Shown here one piece after another: positions 21,484 to 29,862 of a stretch of 34,605 nt of DNA. A program made the position numbers and the translations under genes. Source of the stretch: a virus (taxonomy: Duplodnaviria > Heunggongvirae > Uroviricota > Caudoviricetes); IMG/VR virus record IMGVR_UViG_2690316131_000023; one strand, 5' to 3'. The notes beneath the pieces are model-generated. The model was given only the letters and a program-made list of their open reading frames with translations, searched no databases and had not been told where the DNA came from. How positions within the stretch are numbered: position 1 is the stretch's first letter; each line of letters starts with the position of its first letter.

Positions 21484-21904
21484 GCCATTCAATATCTGGA
21501 GCACTGGAGGTATCAACCAGTTCCAGTGCGTCCAGATAATCCAGCCACAAATTATATTGCGCCAGTTCCTCACCTTTCAGACGACCAATAGCCGCTTTAC
21601 CGGGCCATTGTTTACTGTTCATGTATTCGTTGACCTGGTTAATCAATTGCTGCTTTTTCAATTCGGCTGCGGCAATCTGTTCCTCATGTGTTGGTGGTGG
21701 AATATCTGCCCATGATGGCATTCCATCTTCACCAACGCACCTGTATTTTCCTTCTGGTGCTGGTTTAAGTGCAAATTCTTCGAAAACAGAATATTTAACG
21801 GGTTTTGCATCTGCTGGAAAAGAATTAGATTTAATATATTCTTGTTTCAAATGCTCAGGGTAAAATGCATTATTTATAGAGCTGTAGTATATTATGCTCG
21901 ACAT
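21455..21904 (-). CDS. alternative tail fibre assembly chaperone (Tfa2), reverse orientation
   Basis: 149 aa, convergent with Tfa1; C-terminal LWLDYLDAL...DIEWPTPP Tfa motif; identical copy on the plus strand at 22293-22742. Confidence 0.75.
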   Translation of the reverse strand: MSSIIYYSSINNAFYPEHLKQEYIKSNSFPADAKPVKYSVFEEFALKPAPEGKYRCVGEDGMPSWADIPPPTHEEQIAAAELKKQQLINQVNEYMNSKQWPGKAAIGRLKGEELAQYNLWLDYLDALELVDTSSAPDIEWPTPPAVQAR

Positions 21905-21907
21905 TTT

Positions 21908-21933
21908 ATAATCCTTATATTGGTTTGGGAGAA
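21908..21933 (+). other. hybrid (pseudo) crossover site: ATAATCCTTATA TT GGTTTGGGAGAA
   Basis: Right half-site identical to the hixL right half-site; left half is non-consensus arm sequence; lies at the left arm/core junction. Confidence 0.45.
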
Positions 21934-22272
21934 GCGGCCAAATTGCCTGCGATTAGTGGCTCTTTATCATCATCTGGCTGGATAAAAATCCCTGTTATAG
22001 AGGGGAAGTCTTTTATTATCCAATGGGGAAGAATCGGACCTTCTGATAGTAAAACTGGTGTTGCAACAGGAAGTTATCCTATTGCTTTTCCAAATTCTGC
22101 ATTTATGGCATTTATTGCTGAAAAAACCGCAGTATCCACAGGCCCAATAGGTATTAATTCCTGGGGAGTGTCCGAACTAACAAAAACAGAATTAAAGGCC
22201 ATTTGTGCTGCAAGGACTATATCAACTTCAGCCGCAACTGAAACAGGTGATTTTCTGGTACTGGGATATTGA
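21925..22272 (+). CDS. promoterless alternative tail-fibre C-terminal cassette (Hv2, about 115 codons), unique core of the palindrome
   Basis: Frame opens on the same GLGE junction residues as Hv1 in H, directly after the hybrid site; followed 20 bp later by Tfa2 in the same orientation. Confidence 0.5.
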   Translation: MGEAAKLPAISGSLSSSGWIKIPVIEGKSFIIQWGRIGPSDSKTGVATGSYPIAFPNSAFMAFIAEKTAVSTGPIGINSWGVSELTKTELKAICAARTISTSAATETGDFLVLGY

Positions 22273-22292
22273 GCTTCCATAAGGATTATAAA

Positions 22293-22742
22293 ATGTCGAG
22301 CATAATATACTACAGCTCTATAAATAATGCATTTTACCCTGAGCATTTGAAACAAGAATATATTAAATCTAATTCTTTTCCAGCAGATGCAAAACCCGTT
22401 AAATATTCTGTTTTCGAAGAATTTGCACTTAAACCAGCACCAGAAGGAAAATACAGGTGCGTTGGTGAAGATGGAATGCCATCATGGGCAGATATTCCAC
22501 CACCAACACATGAGGAACAGATTGCCGCAGCCGAATTGAAAAAGCAGCAATTGATTAACCAGGTCAACGAATACATGAACAGTAAACAATGGCCCGGTAA
22601 AGCGGCTATTGGTCGTCTGAAAGGTGAGGAACTGGCGCAATATAATTTGTGGCTGGATTATCTGGACGCACTGGAACTGGTTGATACCTCCAGTGCTCCA
22701 GATATTGAATGGCCTACGCCTCCGGCAGTTCAGGCCAGATGA
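22293..22742 (+). CDS. tail fibre assembly chaperone Tfa2 (second, forward copy; cognate to Hv2)
   Basis: Identical to the 21455-21904 minus-strand protein; start at ATG 22293. Confidence 0.75.
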   Translation: MSSIIYYSSINNAFYPEHLKQEYIKSNSFPADAKPVKYSVFEEFALKPAPEGKYRCVGEDGMPSWADIPPPTHEEQIAAAELKKQQLINQVNEYMNSKQWPGKAAIGRLKGEELAQYNLWLDYLDALELVDTSSAPDIEWPTPPAVQAR

Positions 22743-23316
22743 CATCCGGCGCGGTGCTGGTATCTGTTGCCGTCACCGCGTCAATGTAATCCAGCACGGC
22801 GTTAAGTCGGGTGTTTTCTGTCTGCGTCAGCTTCCGCCCGGCCTGTAATTTCAGTTGAATCAGACTGATAGAAGCCATTGCAGCATCAATCAGCGACTGG
22901 CGCTGTGCTTCTGCCGCTTCTACTGCGGCGCTATGCTGTGCCTCAGTATCGGTCACCCATTTCTCACCATCCCATTTATCGTATGGCGTTAACGGTGCGA
23001 GAGTGGTTGTTTTTTCGGGATAGTCGCCTGGTGCTGTGATTTCTTTGGCATCTCCCGTTTCGGTGTTATAGACAATTTCACCGCGATGGTCTGGCACATA
23101 TTCCCATGAGTTAAAATCTGCTGAGCGGCAGATAGCATAACCAGCTTTATGTGTAACTGGCGCATCTAAACAAGAACATGCCGGGATACCGACGCCAACA
23201 GCAAGATATTCAGTTGATGTAGAAATATATTCCCGCGTTTCACCATCATAATTATAAACGGTAATATCTCCCGCCTTTGTGGCGATGAGTTCCTTATTTA
23301 ATATAGCTTTCTCCAT
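22714..23316 (-). CDS. tail fibre assembly chaperone Tfa1 (second, inverted copy)
   Basis: Translation identical to 20881-21483. Confidence 0.8.
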   Translation of the reverse strand: MEKAILNKELIATKAGDITVYNYDGETREYISTSTEYLAVGVGIPACSCLDAPVTHKAGYAICRSADFNSWEYVPDHRGEIVYNTETGDAKEITAPGDYPEKTTTLAPLTPYDKWDGEKWVTDTEAQHSAAVEAAEAQRQSLIDAAMASISLIQLKLQAGRKLTQTENTRLNAVLDYIDAVTATDTSTAPDVIWPELPEA

Positions 23317-23827
23317 CAGGCAGCCCTCACGATATAATTAAAGGCAATGTTACGGGGTCGATTTTCGTTTGCAGTTGGAACAATTCTTGAAGCATCAAGG
23401 CCAATCACTTTTGGGTAAACAGCGCCGTCTGCTCTTTCTGTCACCATACTTCTGGTTAAGGAGAAATAACTATTGTTTGTAGAGGGACTCAATGGCACTA
23501 TGGCCCCCTTAAACGAGCCTGCTGTTTCCCATATTGAATAATTTTCAGTGTTTACAGTTCTGAACTCACCATAGATATTACGTATGGCATCGCCCTGAGC
23601 TGATAATATTGCCCTCCCCGTATCCATACCACGTCCGTCATCCCAGCCACGAATAAACTCACCACGTAAATCAGGCAATTTATTTGTCGGGTAAGCCTTT
23701 GCCAGTTCCGGGTATTCTTCAGCAGAAAATGCTGCACCGTTGCATTTCAGCCAGCCTGTTGGCGGAGTGGCGGAAGGCCACGGAACAGGCACACCAACGG
23801 GTAATGCCGAACCTTCTCCCAAACCAA
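23316..23827 (-). other. promoterless inverted copy of the Hv1 tail-fibre tip cassette (silent in this orientation)
   Basis: Translation identical to the H C-terminus from GLGEGS onward; ends at the hixR crossover. Confidence 0.6.
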
Positions 23828-23839
23828 CGTTTAAGAAAA
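23814..23839 (-). other. hixR/gixR-like crossover site: TTCTCCCAAACC AA CGTTTAAGAAAA (inverted relative to hixL)
   Basis: Left half identical to the reverse complement of the hixL right half-site; about 55 bp upstream of the invertase gene. Confidence 0.6.
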
Positions 23840-23894
23840 TGCAGCGATTACGACTAACTGGCATCATCCCCGGTTTTTATTCAGGGGATTGATC

Positions 23895-24461
23895 ATGCTT
23901 ATTGGCTATGTACGCGTGTCAACAAATGACCAGAACACCGATTTGCAACGTAATGCACTGAACTGCGCGGGATGTGAGCGGATTTTTGAGGACAAAATCA
24001 GTGGCACTAAGTCCGACAGACCGGGGCTTAAAAAACTGCTCAGGACACTATCGGCAGGTGACACACTGGTTGTCTGGAAGCTGGACAGGTTGGGGCGCAG
24101 TATGCGGCATCTCGTTACGCTGATAGAAGATCTGCGCCAGCGTGGCGTGAATTTCCGAAGCCTGACTGACAGTATTGATACCAGTACCTCAATGGGCCGT
24201 TTCTTTTTTCATGTCATGGGGGCCCTGGCTGAAATGGAACGCGAACTGATAGTTGAACGTACCAGGGCAGGGCTGGCTGCAGCTCGCGCCAAAGGCAGAG
24301 TAGGTGGACGCCGTCCTAAGTTGACTACCGAACAGTGGGCACAGATTGGACGTTTACTCGAGGCCGGAGAATCAAGACAGCGTATTGCACTGATTTTTGA
24401 TGTGGGCGTTTCTACCATTTATAGAAAATTTCCGGCGAATGAGAACAATGAATCGCCCTGA
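23895..24461 (+). CDS. serine site-specific DNA invertase (Gin/Hin/Pin/Cin family)
   Basis: MLIGYVRVSTNDQNTDLQRNAL...VVWKLDRLGRSM...GRRPK is close to Mu Gin as I recall it; catalytic-serine YVRVST motif; C-terminal HTH; start taken at ATG 23895. Confidence 0.9.
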   Translation: MLIGYVRVSTNDQNTDLQRNALNCAGCERIFEDKISGTKSDRPGLKKLLRTLSAGDTLVVWKLDRLGRSMRHLVTLIEDLRQRGVNFRSLTDSIDTSTSMGRFFFHVMGALAEMERELIVERTRAGLAAARAKGRVGGRRPKLTTEQWAQIGRLLEAGESRQRIALIFDVGVSTIYRKFPANENNESP

Positions 24462-24509
24462 GTCAGCATTATTTTGATTTTTCCTGTAAGCGGACAAATA
24501 CCGTTATTT

Positions 24510-24527
24510 TGTGTGAATAACGACACA
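24510..24527 (+). promoter_or_regulatory. candidate Ogr-dependent late promoter element (TGT-N12-ACA) upstream of FI
   Basis: TGTgtgaataacgacACA, centre about 85 bp upstream of the FI ATG. Confidence 0.4.
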
Positions 24528-24603
24528 ACTGCGCTTAGCTGTTTGTCAGGCACAATCACTTCAACATAGGGCGAAGCCTAATCCAATCAGGAGGTTCGCC
24601 ACT

Positions 24604-25776
24604 ATGGCTCAGGATTACCACCACGGAGTGCGCGTTGTTGAAGTCAACGAAGGCACCCGATCCATTACCACGGTGAGCACCGCCATCGTGGGTATGGTCT
24701 GCACGGGCGATGATGCCGATGCAAAAATGTTTCCTCTTAATAAACCCGTGCTGATCACTGATGTGCTGACTGCCAGCGGTAAAGCGGGTGAGTCCGGTAC
24801 GCTGGCCCGTTCGCTGGACGCCATCGCTGACCAGGCAAAACCCGTGACCGTTGTTGTGCGTGTGCCGCAGGGTGAAACGGAAGAAGAAACCACGACCAAT
24901 ATCATCGGAGCAGTGACCGCTGAAGGTAAAAAAACAGGCATGAAAGCCCTGTTATCTGCCCAGTCACAGCTCGGCGTTAAACCGCGCATTCTCGGCGTGC
25001 CAGGTCACGATAACAAAGCCGTTGCTACTGAGTTGCTGAGTGTGGCGCAAAGCCTGCGTGGGTTTGCTTACCTGTCAGCGTATGGCTGCAAGACGGTGCA
25101 GGAGGCGATCACTTACCGTGAAAACTTCAGCCAGCGCGAAGGAATGCTGATCTGGCCCGACTTTACTGGCTGGGACACGGTGCTGAATGCCGAAGCAACG
25201 GCATATGCCACCGCCCGTGCGCTTGGTCTGCGCGCAAAAATTGACGAGCAGACCGGATGGCACAAAAGCCTGTCCAATGTGGGCGTTAACGGTGTCACCG
25301 GAATTTCTGCTGATGTGTTCTGGGATCTGCAGGACACGGCAACCGATGCTGGACTGCTGAACCAGAACGACGTCACCACCCTTATCCGCAAAGACGGTTT
25401 CCGCTTCTGGGGTTCCCGCTGCCTGAGTGATGACCCGCTCTTTGCCTTCGAAAACTACACCCGCACGGCGCAGGTGCTGATGGACACGATGGCAGAAGCA
25501 CACATGTGGGCGGTGGATAAACCGCTTAACCCGTCGCTGGCCCGGGACATTATCGAAGGTATCCGCGCCAAAATGCGCAGCCTGGTCAGTCAGGGCTATC
25601 TCATTGGTGGCGATTGCTGGCTGGATGAGTCGGTGAACGACAAAGACACTCTGAAAGCCGGAAAACTCACCATCGATTACGACTACACGCCAGTGCCACC
25701 ACTTGAAAACCTGATGCTGCGTCAGCGCATCACCGATCAGTACCTGGTGAATTTCGCCAGCCAGGTCAGCGCGTAA
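24604..25776 (+). CDS. FI: P2 gpFI-like tail sheath protein
   Basis: 390 aa; GGAGG RBS; position. Confidence 0.9.
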   Translation: MAQDYHHGVRVVEVNEGTRSITTVSTAIVGMVCTGDDADAKMFPLNKPVLITDVLTASGKAGESGTLARSLDAIADQAKPVTVVVRVPQGETEEETTTNIIGAVTAEGKKTGMKALLSAQSQLGVKPRILGVPGHDNKAVATELLSVAQSLRGFAYLSAYGCKTVQEAITYRENFSQREGMLIWPDFTGWDTVLNAEATAYATARALGLRAKIDEQTGWHKSLSNVGVNGVTGISADVFWDLQDTATDAGLLNQNDVTTLIRKDGFRFWGSRCLSDDPLFAFENYTRTAQVLMDTMAEAHMWAVDKPLNPSLARDIIEGIRAKMRSLVSQGYLIGGDCWLDESVNDKDTLKAGKLTIDYDYTPVPPLENLMLRQRITDQYLVNFASQVSA

Positions 25777-25785
25777 GGGGACAAC

Positions 25786-26301
25786 ATGGCTTTACCACGT
25801 AAATTAAAACACCTGAACCTGTTTAACGACGGGAATAACTGGCAGGGGATCGTTGAGTCGCTGACGCTGCCGAAATTCACCCGCAAATATGAGAAGTATC
25901 GCGGCGGCGGAATGCCGGGTGCAGTGGATGTGGATCTGGGGCTTGATGACAGTGCGCTGGACACAGAATTTTCCATTGGTGGTACTGAACTGCTGCTGTT
26001 TAAACAGATGGGCAAAGCCACGGTGGATGGCATCCAGTTGCGCTTTACCGGCTCTATCCAGCGTGATGATACCGGGGAAGTGCAGGCCGTGGAGCTTGTG
26101 GTGCGTGGACGTCACAAAGAAGTGGATTCCGGCGAGTGGAAGACGGGCGAAAGCAACACCACCAAAGTGACCAGTACCAACAGCTACGCGAAGCTGACTA
26201 TCAATGGTGAGGTGCTCTATGAAGTGGACCTTATCAACATGGTGGAAATTGTGGACGGTGTGGACTTGATGGAAGCGCACCGCAACGCCCTCGGCCTCTG
26301 A
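25786..26301 (+). CDS. FII: P2 gpFII-like tail tube protein
   Basis: 171 aa; position after the sheath gene. Confidence 0.9.
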   Translation: MALPRKLKHLNLFNDGNNWQGIVESLTLPKFTRKYEKYRGGGMPGAVDVDLGLDDSALDTEFSIGGTELLLFKQMGKATVDGIQLRFTGSIQRDDTGEVQAVELVVRGRHKEVDSGEWKTGESNTTKVTSTNSYAKLTINGEVLYEVDLINMVEIVDGVDLMEAHRNALGL

Positions 26302-26355
26302 TGTATCTGAACGGCGCGGAATGCCGCGCCAGAACCCAATTTACAGGACAGCAAA

Positions 26356-26658
26356 ATGAGCGATAAGCAGACTGAAAAGACCATTCTACTGGATACCCCC
26401 ATCATGCGTGGTAAAACAGAAATTACCGAAATTGTGCTGCGTAAACCGCAGTCCGGTGCGCTGCGCGGTACACGCCTGCAGGCCATTATGGATATGGATG
26501 TGAACGCGATGATGACCGTGATCCCCCGCATCTCCAGCCCGGCGCTGACTGCACAGGAAATTGCAGAGATGGACCCGGCAGATCTCACTGCCATGTCGGT
26601 TGAGGTTGTCACTTTTTTGTTGAAGAAGTCGGTGCTTGCCGGTTTACCGACAGCCTGA
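26356..26658 (+). CDS. E: P2 gpE-like tail assembly chaperone
   Basis: 100 aa; position between tube and tape measure. Confidence 0.8.
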   Translation: MSDKQTEKTILLDTPIMRGKTEITEIVLRKPQSGALRGTRLQAIMDMDVNAMMTVIPRISSPALTAQEIAEMDPADLTAMSVEVVTFLLKKSVLAGLPTA

Positions 26659-26792
26659 CGGTTGACGATCTGGTGGCAGATATCGCCACCATTTTTCACT
26701 GGCCGCCATCCGTTACTGACGTTATGCCGCTGACCGAAGTGCTGGAATGGCGGTATAAAGCGATTCAGAGAAGCGGGGCTAACGATGAGTGA
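26356..26792 (+). CDS. E+E' tail chaperone extension via programmed -1 frameshift at slippery T TTT TTG (26613-26619)
   Basis: Six-T run plus G near the 3' end of E; the -1 frame stays open to TGA 26790-26792, overlapping the start of T. Confidence 0.55.
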
Positions 26793-29700
26793 TAATAACC
26801 TGCGCCTGCAGGTCATTCTTAATGCGGTTGACAAACTCACCCGCCCATTCCGTGCTGCACAGGCCAGTTCGAAAGAGCTGGCTGGCGCAATTCAGAATAC
26901 CCGAAACAGCCTCAAAGAATTGAATAAGCAGGCTGGCAGAATTGATGAATTTCGCAAGACGCGCTCGCAACTAGCCATAACAGCCAACAACCTGAACGCA
27001 GCCCGCGAAGAGGCGGCAAAACTCGCCACACAATTTGCTGCCACTAACAGGCCAACCGCCGCGCAGGCAAAGTTATTCAGTCAGGCCAAAACACGAGTAC
27101 AGGAACTTCAGCAGACCTATAACGGCTTGTTGGGGGCGGTCCAGAGACAACGTCAGGCACTTAAAGAATCAGGGATTGATACCAGACAACTCAGTAGTGC
27201 CCAGCGAGAACTTAAGAAAAATGCTGAAGAAACAAGGCAGGCACTGGAGGGCCAGCAAAAAGCACTTAAACGTCTGGGTGAGCAACAGGCACGGATGAAC
27301 GCTGCCAGAGAACAATACTCAAGACGGCTTGAAGTGCGCGATCGCATCGCAGGAGCCGGAGCCACTACCACGGCTGCAGGGCTGGCAATGGGTGCGCCAG
27401 TGATGGCGGCAGTAAAAAGCTATACCAGCATGGAAGATGCCATGAAAGGTGTGGCAAAGCAGGTCAATGGTCTGCGTGACGATAATGGCAACCGCACTGC
27501 ACGTTTTTATGAAATGCAGGATGCCATCAAGGCTGCCAGCGAACAGTTGCCGATGGAAAACGGTGCGGTGGACTTCGCTGCACTGGTTGAAGGTGGTGCG
27601 CGCATGAACGTCGCAAACCCTGACGACAGTTGGGAAGACCAGAAACGTGACCTGCTGGCCTTCGCCAGTACGGCAGCAAAGGCGGCAACAGCCTTTGAGC
27701 TGCCAGCGGATGAACTGTCAGAAAGTCTGGGGAAAATCGCCCAGCTCTACAAAATACCTACCCGCAATATTGAACAGCTCGGCGATGCGCTGAACTATCT
27801 GGATGATAACGCCATGTCGAAAGGGGCGGACATCATTGATGTGATGCAACGTCTGGGCGGTGTGGCTGACCGTCTGGATTATCGTAAAGCGGCGGCACTG
27901 GGTTCCACCTTTCTGACACTGGGTGCTGCGCCGGAGGTTGCAGCCAGTGCAGCAAACGCGATGGTGCGTGAATTGTCCATTGCCACCATGCAAAGCAAGA
28001 GTTTCTTTGAAGGGATGAATCTGCTGAAACTCAATCCTGAAGTGATTGAAAAGCAGATGACGAAGGATGCGATGGGAACTATCCAGCGTGTGCTGGAGAA
28101 GGTGAACGCACTGCCGCAGGACAAGCGTCTGTCTGCCATGACCATGTTGTTTGGTAAAGAGTTTGGTGATGATGCAGCGAAACTGGCGAACAACCTTCCG
28201 GAACTGCAGCGCCAGCTAAAACTGACAGCGGGCAATGATGCGCTCGGTTCCATGCAGAAAGAATCCGACATCAACAAAGACTCACTTTCCGCTCAGTGGT
28301 TGCTGGTCAAAACCGGAGCGCAGAACACCTTCAGCAGCCTGGGCGAAACGCTGCGCCAGCCGCTGATGGATATTCTGTACACGGTGAAAAGCATTACGGG
28401 GGCGTTGCGCCGCTGGGTGGAAGCTAACCCGGAACTGACAGGCACACTGATGAAAGTAGCGGCTGTTGTGGCTGCGGTTACCGTAGGCCTCGGCACCTTA
28501 GCGGTGGCGCTGGCTGCAGTGCTGGGGCCGCTGGCAGTGATCCGTCTGGGATTCTCTGTGCTGGGTATCAAAACGTTACCTTCCGTTACGGCAGCAGTAA
28601 CTCGAACCAGCAACGCGTTGTCCTGGCTGGCTGGCGCTCCACTGGCACTGCTGCGACGCGGGCTTGCTTCATCGGGCAACGCCGCAGGTTTACTTACTGC
28701 GCCGTTGTCGTCTTTGCGCCGCACGGCATCACTGACGGGAAATGTCCTGAAAACTGTAGCAGGTGCGCCAGTTGCACTTTTGCGGTCTGGATTATCCGGT
28801 TTACGTGCTGTTGCTGTGATGTTTATGAATCCTCTGGCGGTACTGCGCGGTGGACTGGCCGCCGCAGGCTCGGTGCTGCGAGTACTGGCATCTGGTCCAC
28901 TGGCGATGCTGCGCGTTGCCCTGTATGCCGTATCTGGTCTGTTAGGTGCTCTGCTCAGTCCGATAGGTCTTGTGGTTACTGCACTGGCGGGCGTGGCGCT
29001 GGTTGTCTGGAAATACTGGCAACCCATCACCGCATTTCTCGGTGGCGTGGTGGAAGGATTCAAAGCGGCGGCAGGTTCCGTCAGTGAAGCATTCGAACCG
29101 CTTAAGCCCGTGTTCCAGTGGATTGGCGACAAAGTACAGGCGCTGTGGGACTGGTTTACTGATCTGCTGACGCCTGTTAAGTCGACCTCTGCCGAACTGC
29201 AGAGTGCAGCGGCAATGGGGCGACGATTCGGGGAGGCACTGGCGGAAGGGCTGAATATGGTCATGCATCCGCTGGACTCCCTGAAATCCGGCGTTTCCTG
29301 GTTGCTTGATAAACTCGGCATTGTCAGTAAAGAGGCTGCAAAGGCGAAACTGCCGGAAAGCGTGACGCGTCAGCAACCTGCGACGGTGAATGCAGACGGT
29401 AAAGTGATGATGCCATCGGGTGGTTTTCCGTCATGGGGATATGGCTTTGCGGGGATGTATGACAGCGGCGGCTATATCCCGCGCGGGCAGTTCGGCATTG
29501 TCGGTGAAAACGGGCCTGAAATTGTCAACGGTCCGGCAAACGTGACCAGCCGGAGAAATACAGCTGCACTGGCTGCGGTTGTCGCCGGAATGATGGGCGT
29601 TGCTGCCGCGCCAGCAGAGCTTCCACCGTTACATCCTTTGGCGCTTCCCGCGAAAGGCGGCGAAGCGATGGTGAGTCGCGCAGCTACAGTGCCGCCCGTT

Positions 29701-29862
29701 CACCGGATTGAGGCACCGACGCAGATCATCATCCAGACGCAGCCAGGACAAAGTGCGCAGGATATTGCGCGGGAGGTGGCACGCCAGCTTGATGAACGTG
29801 AACGCAGGCTGAAGGCAAAAGCCAGGAGTAACTACAGCGATCAGGGGGGATACGACGCATGA
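26785..29862 (+). CDS. T: P2 gpT-like tail tape measure protein
   Basis: 1025 aa; N-terminal coiled-coil-like region and C-terminal Ala/Gly/Leu-rich repeats; position. Confidence 0.85.
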   Translation: MSDNNLRLQVILNAVDKLTRPFRAAQASSKELAGAIQNTRNSLKELNKQAGRIDEFRKTRSQLAITANNLNAAREEAAKLATQFAATNRPTAAQAKLFSQAKTRVQELQQTYNGLLGAVQRQRQALKESGIDTRQLSSAQRELKKNAEETRQALEGQQKALKRLGEQQARMNAAREQYSRRLEVRDRIAGAGATTTAAGLAMGAPVMAAVKSYTSMEDAMKGVAKQVNGLRDDNGNRTARFYEMQDAIKAASEQLPMENGAVDFAALVEGGARMNVANPDDSWEDQKRDLLAFASTAAKAATAFELPADELSESLGKIAQLYKIPTRNIEQLGDALNYLDDNAMSKGADIIDVMQRLGGVADRLDYRKAAALGSTFLTLGAAPEVAASAANAMVRELSIATMQSKSFFEGMNLLKLNPEVIEKQMTKDAMGTIQRVLEKVNALPQDKRLSAMTMLFGKEFGDDAAKLANNLPELQRQLKLTAGNDALGSMQKESDINKDSLSAQWLLVKTGAQNTFSSLGETLRQPLMDILYTVKSITGALRRWVEANPELTGTLMKVAAVVAAVTVGLGTLAVALAAVLGPLAVIRLGFSVLGIKTLPSVTAAVTRTSNALSWLAGAPLALLRRGLASSGNAAGLLTAPLSSLRRTASLTGNVLKTVAGAPVALLRSGLSGLRAVAVMFMNPLAVLRGGLAAAGSVLRVLASGPLAMLRVALYAVSGLLGALLSPIGLVVTALAGVALVVWKYWQPITAFLGGVVEGFKAAAGSVSEAFEPLKPVFQWIGDKVQALWDWFTDLLTPVKSTSAELQSAAAMGRRFGEALAEGLNMVMHPLDSLKSGVSWLLDKLGIVSKEAAKAKLPESVTRQQPATVNADGKVMMPSGGFPSWGYGFAGMYDSGGYIPRGQFGIVGENGPEIVNGPANVTSRRNTAALAAVVAGMMGVAAAPAELPPLHPLALPAKGGEAMVSRAATVPPVHRIEAPTQIIIQTQPGQSAQDIAREVARQLDERERRLKAKARSNYSDQGGYDA

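Larger units (their letters stand above)
20370..21918. repeat. left arm (1549 bp) of a perfect inverted repeat; partner 22279-23827
   Basis: Six ORF pairs on opposite strands have identical translations and coordinates summing to 44197; boundaries checked base by base at both ends. Confidence 0.85.
22279..23827. repeat. right arm (1549 bp) of the perfect inverted repeat; partner 20370-21918
   Basis: Mirror of the left arm about position 22098.5. Confidence 0.85.

Noticed and set aside
21349-22848. Mirror-image small ORFs inside the palindrome arms (74, 87 and 80 aa on both strands), and the 93-aa minus-strand ORF in the core
   Set aside because: They duplicate only because the arms are duplicated, lie antisense to or inside the Tfa genes, and have no RBS; not independent genes.
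28293-29376. 342-aa and 144-aa minus-strand ORFs inside the tape measure gene
   Set aside because: Antisense to gene T; Ser/Ala/Pro-rich low-complexity translation characteristic of reading a GC-rich gene backwards.
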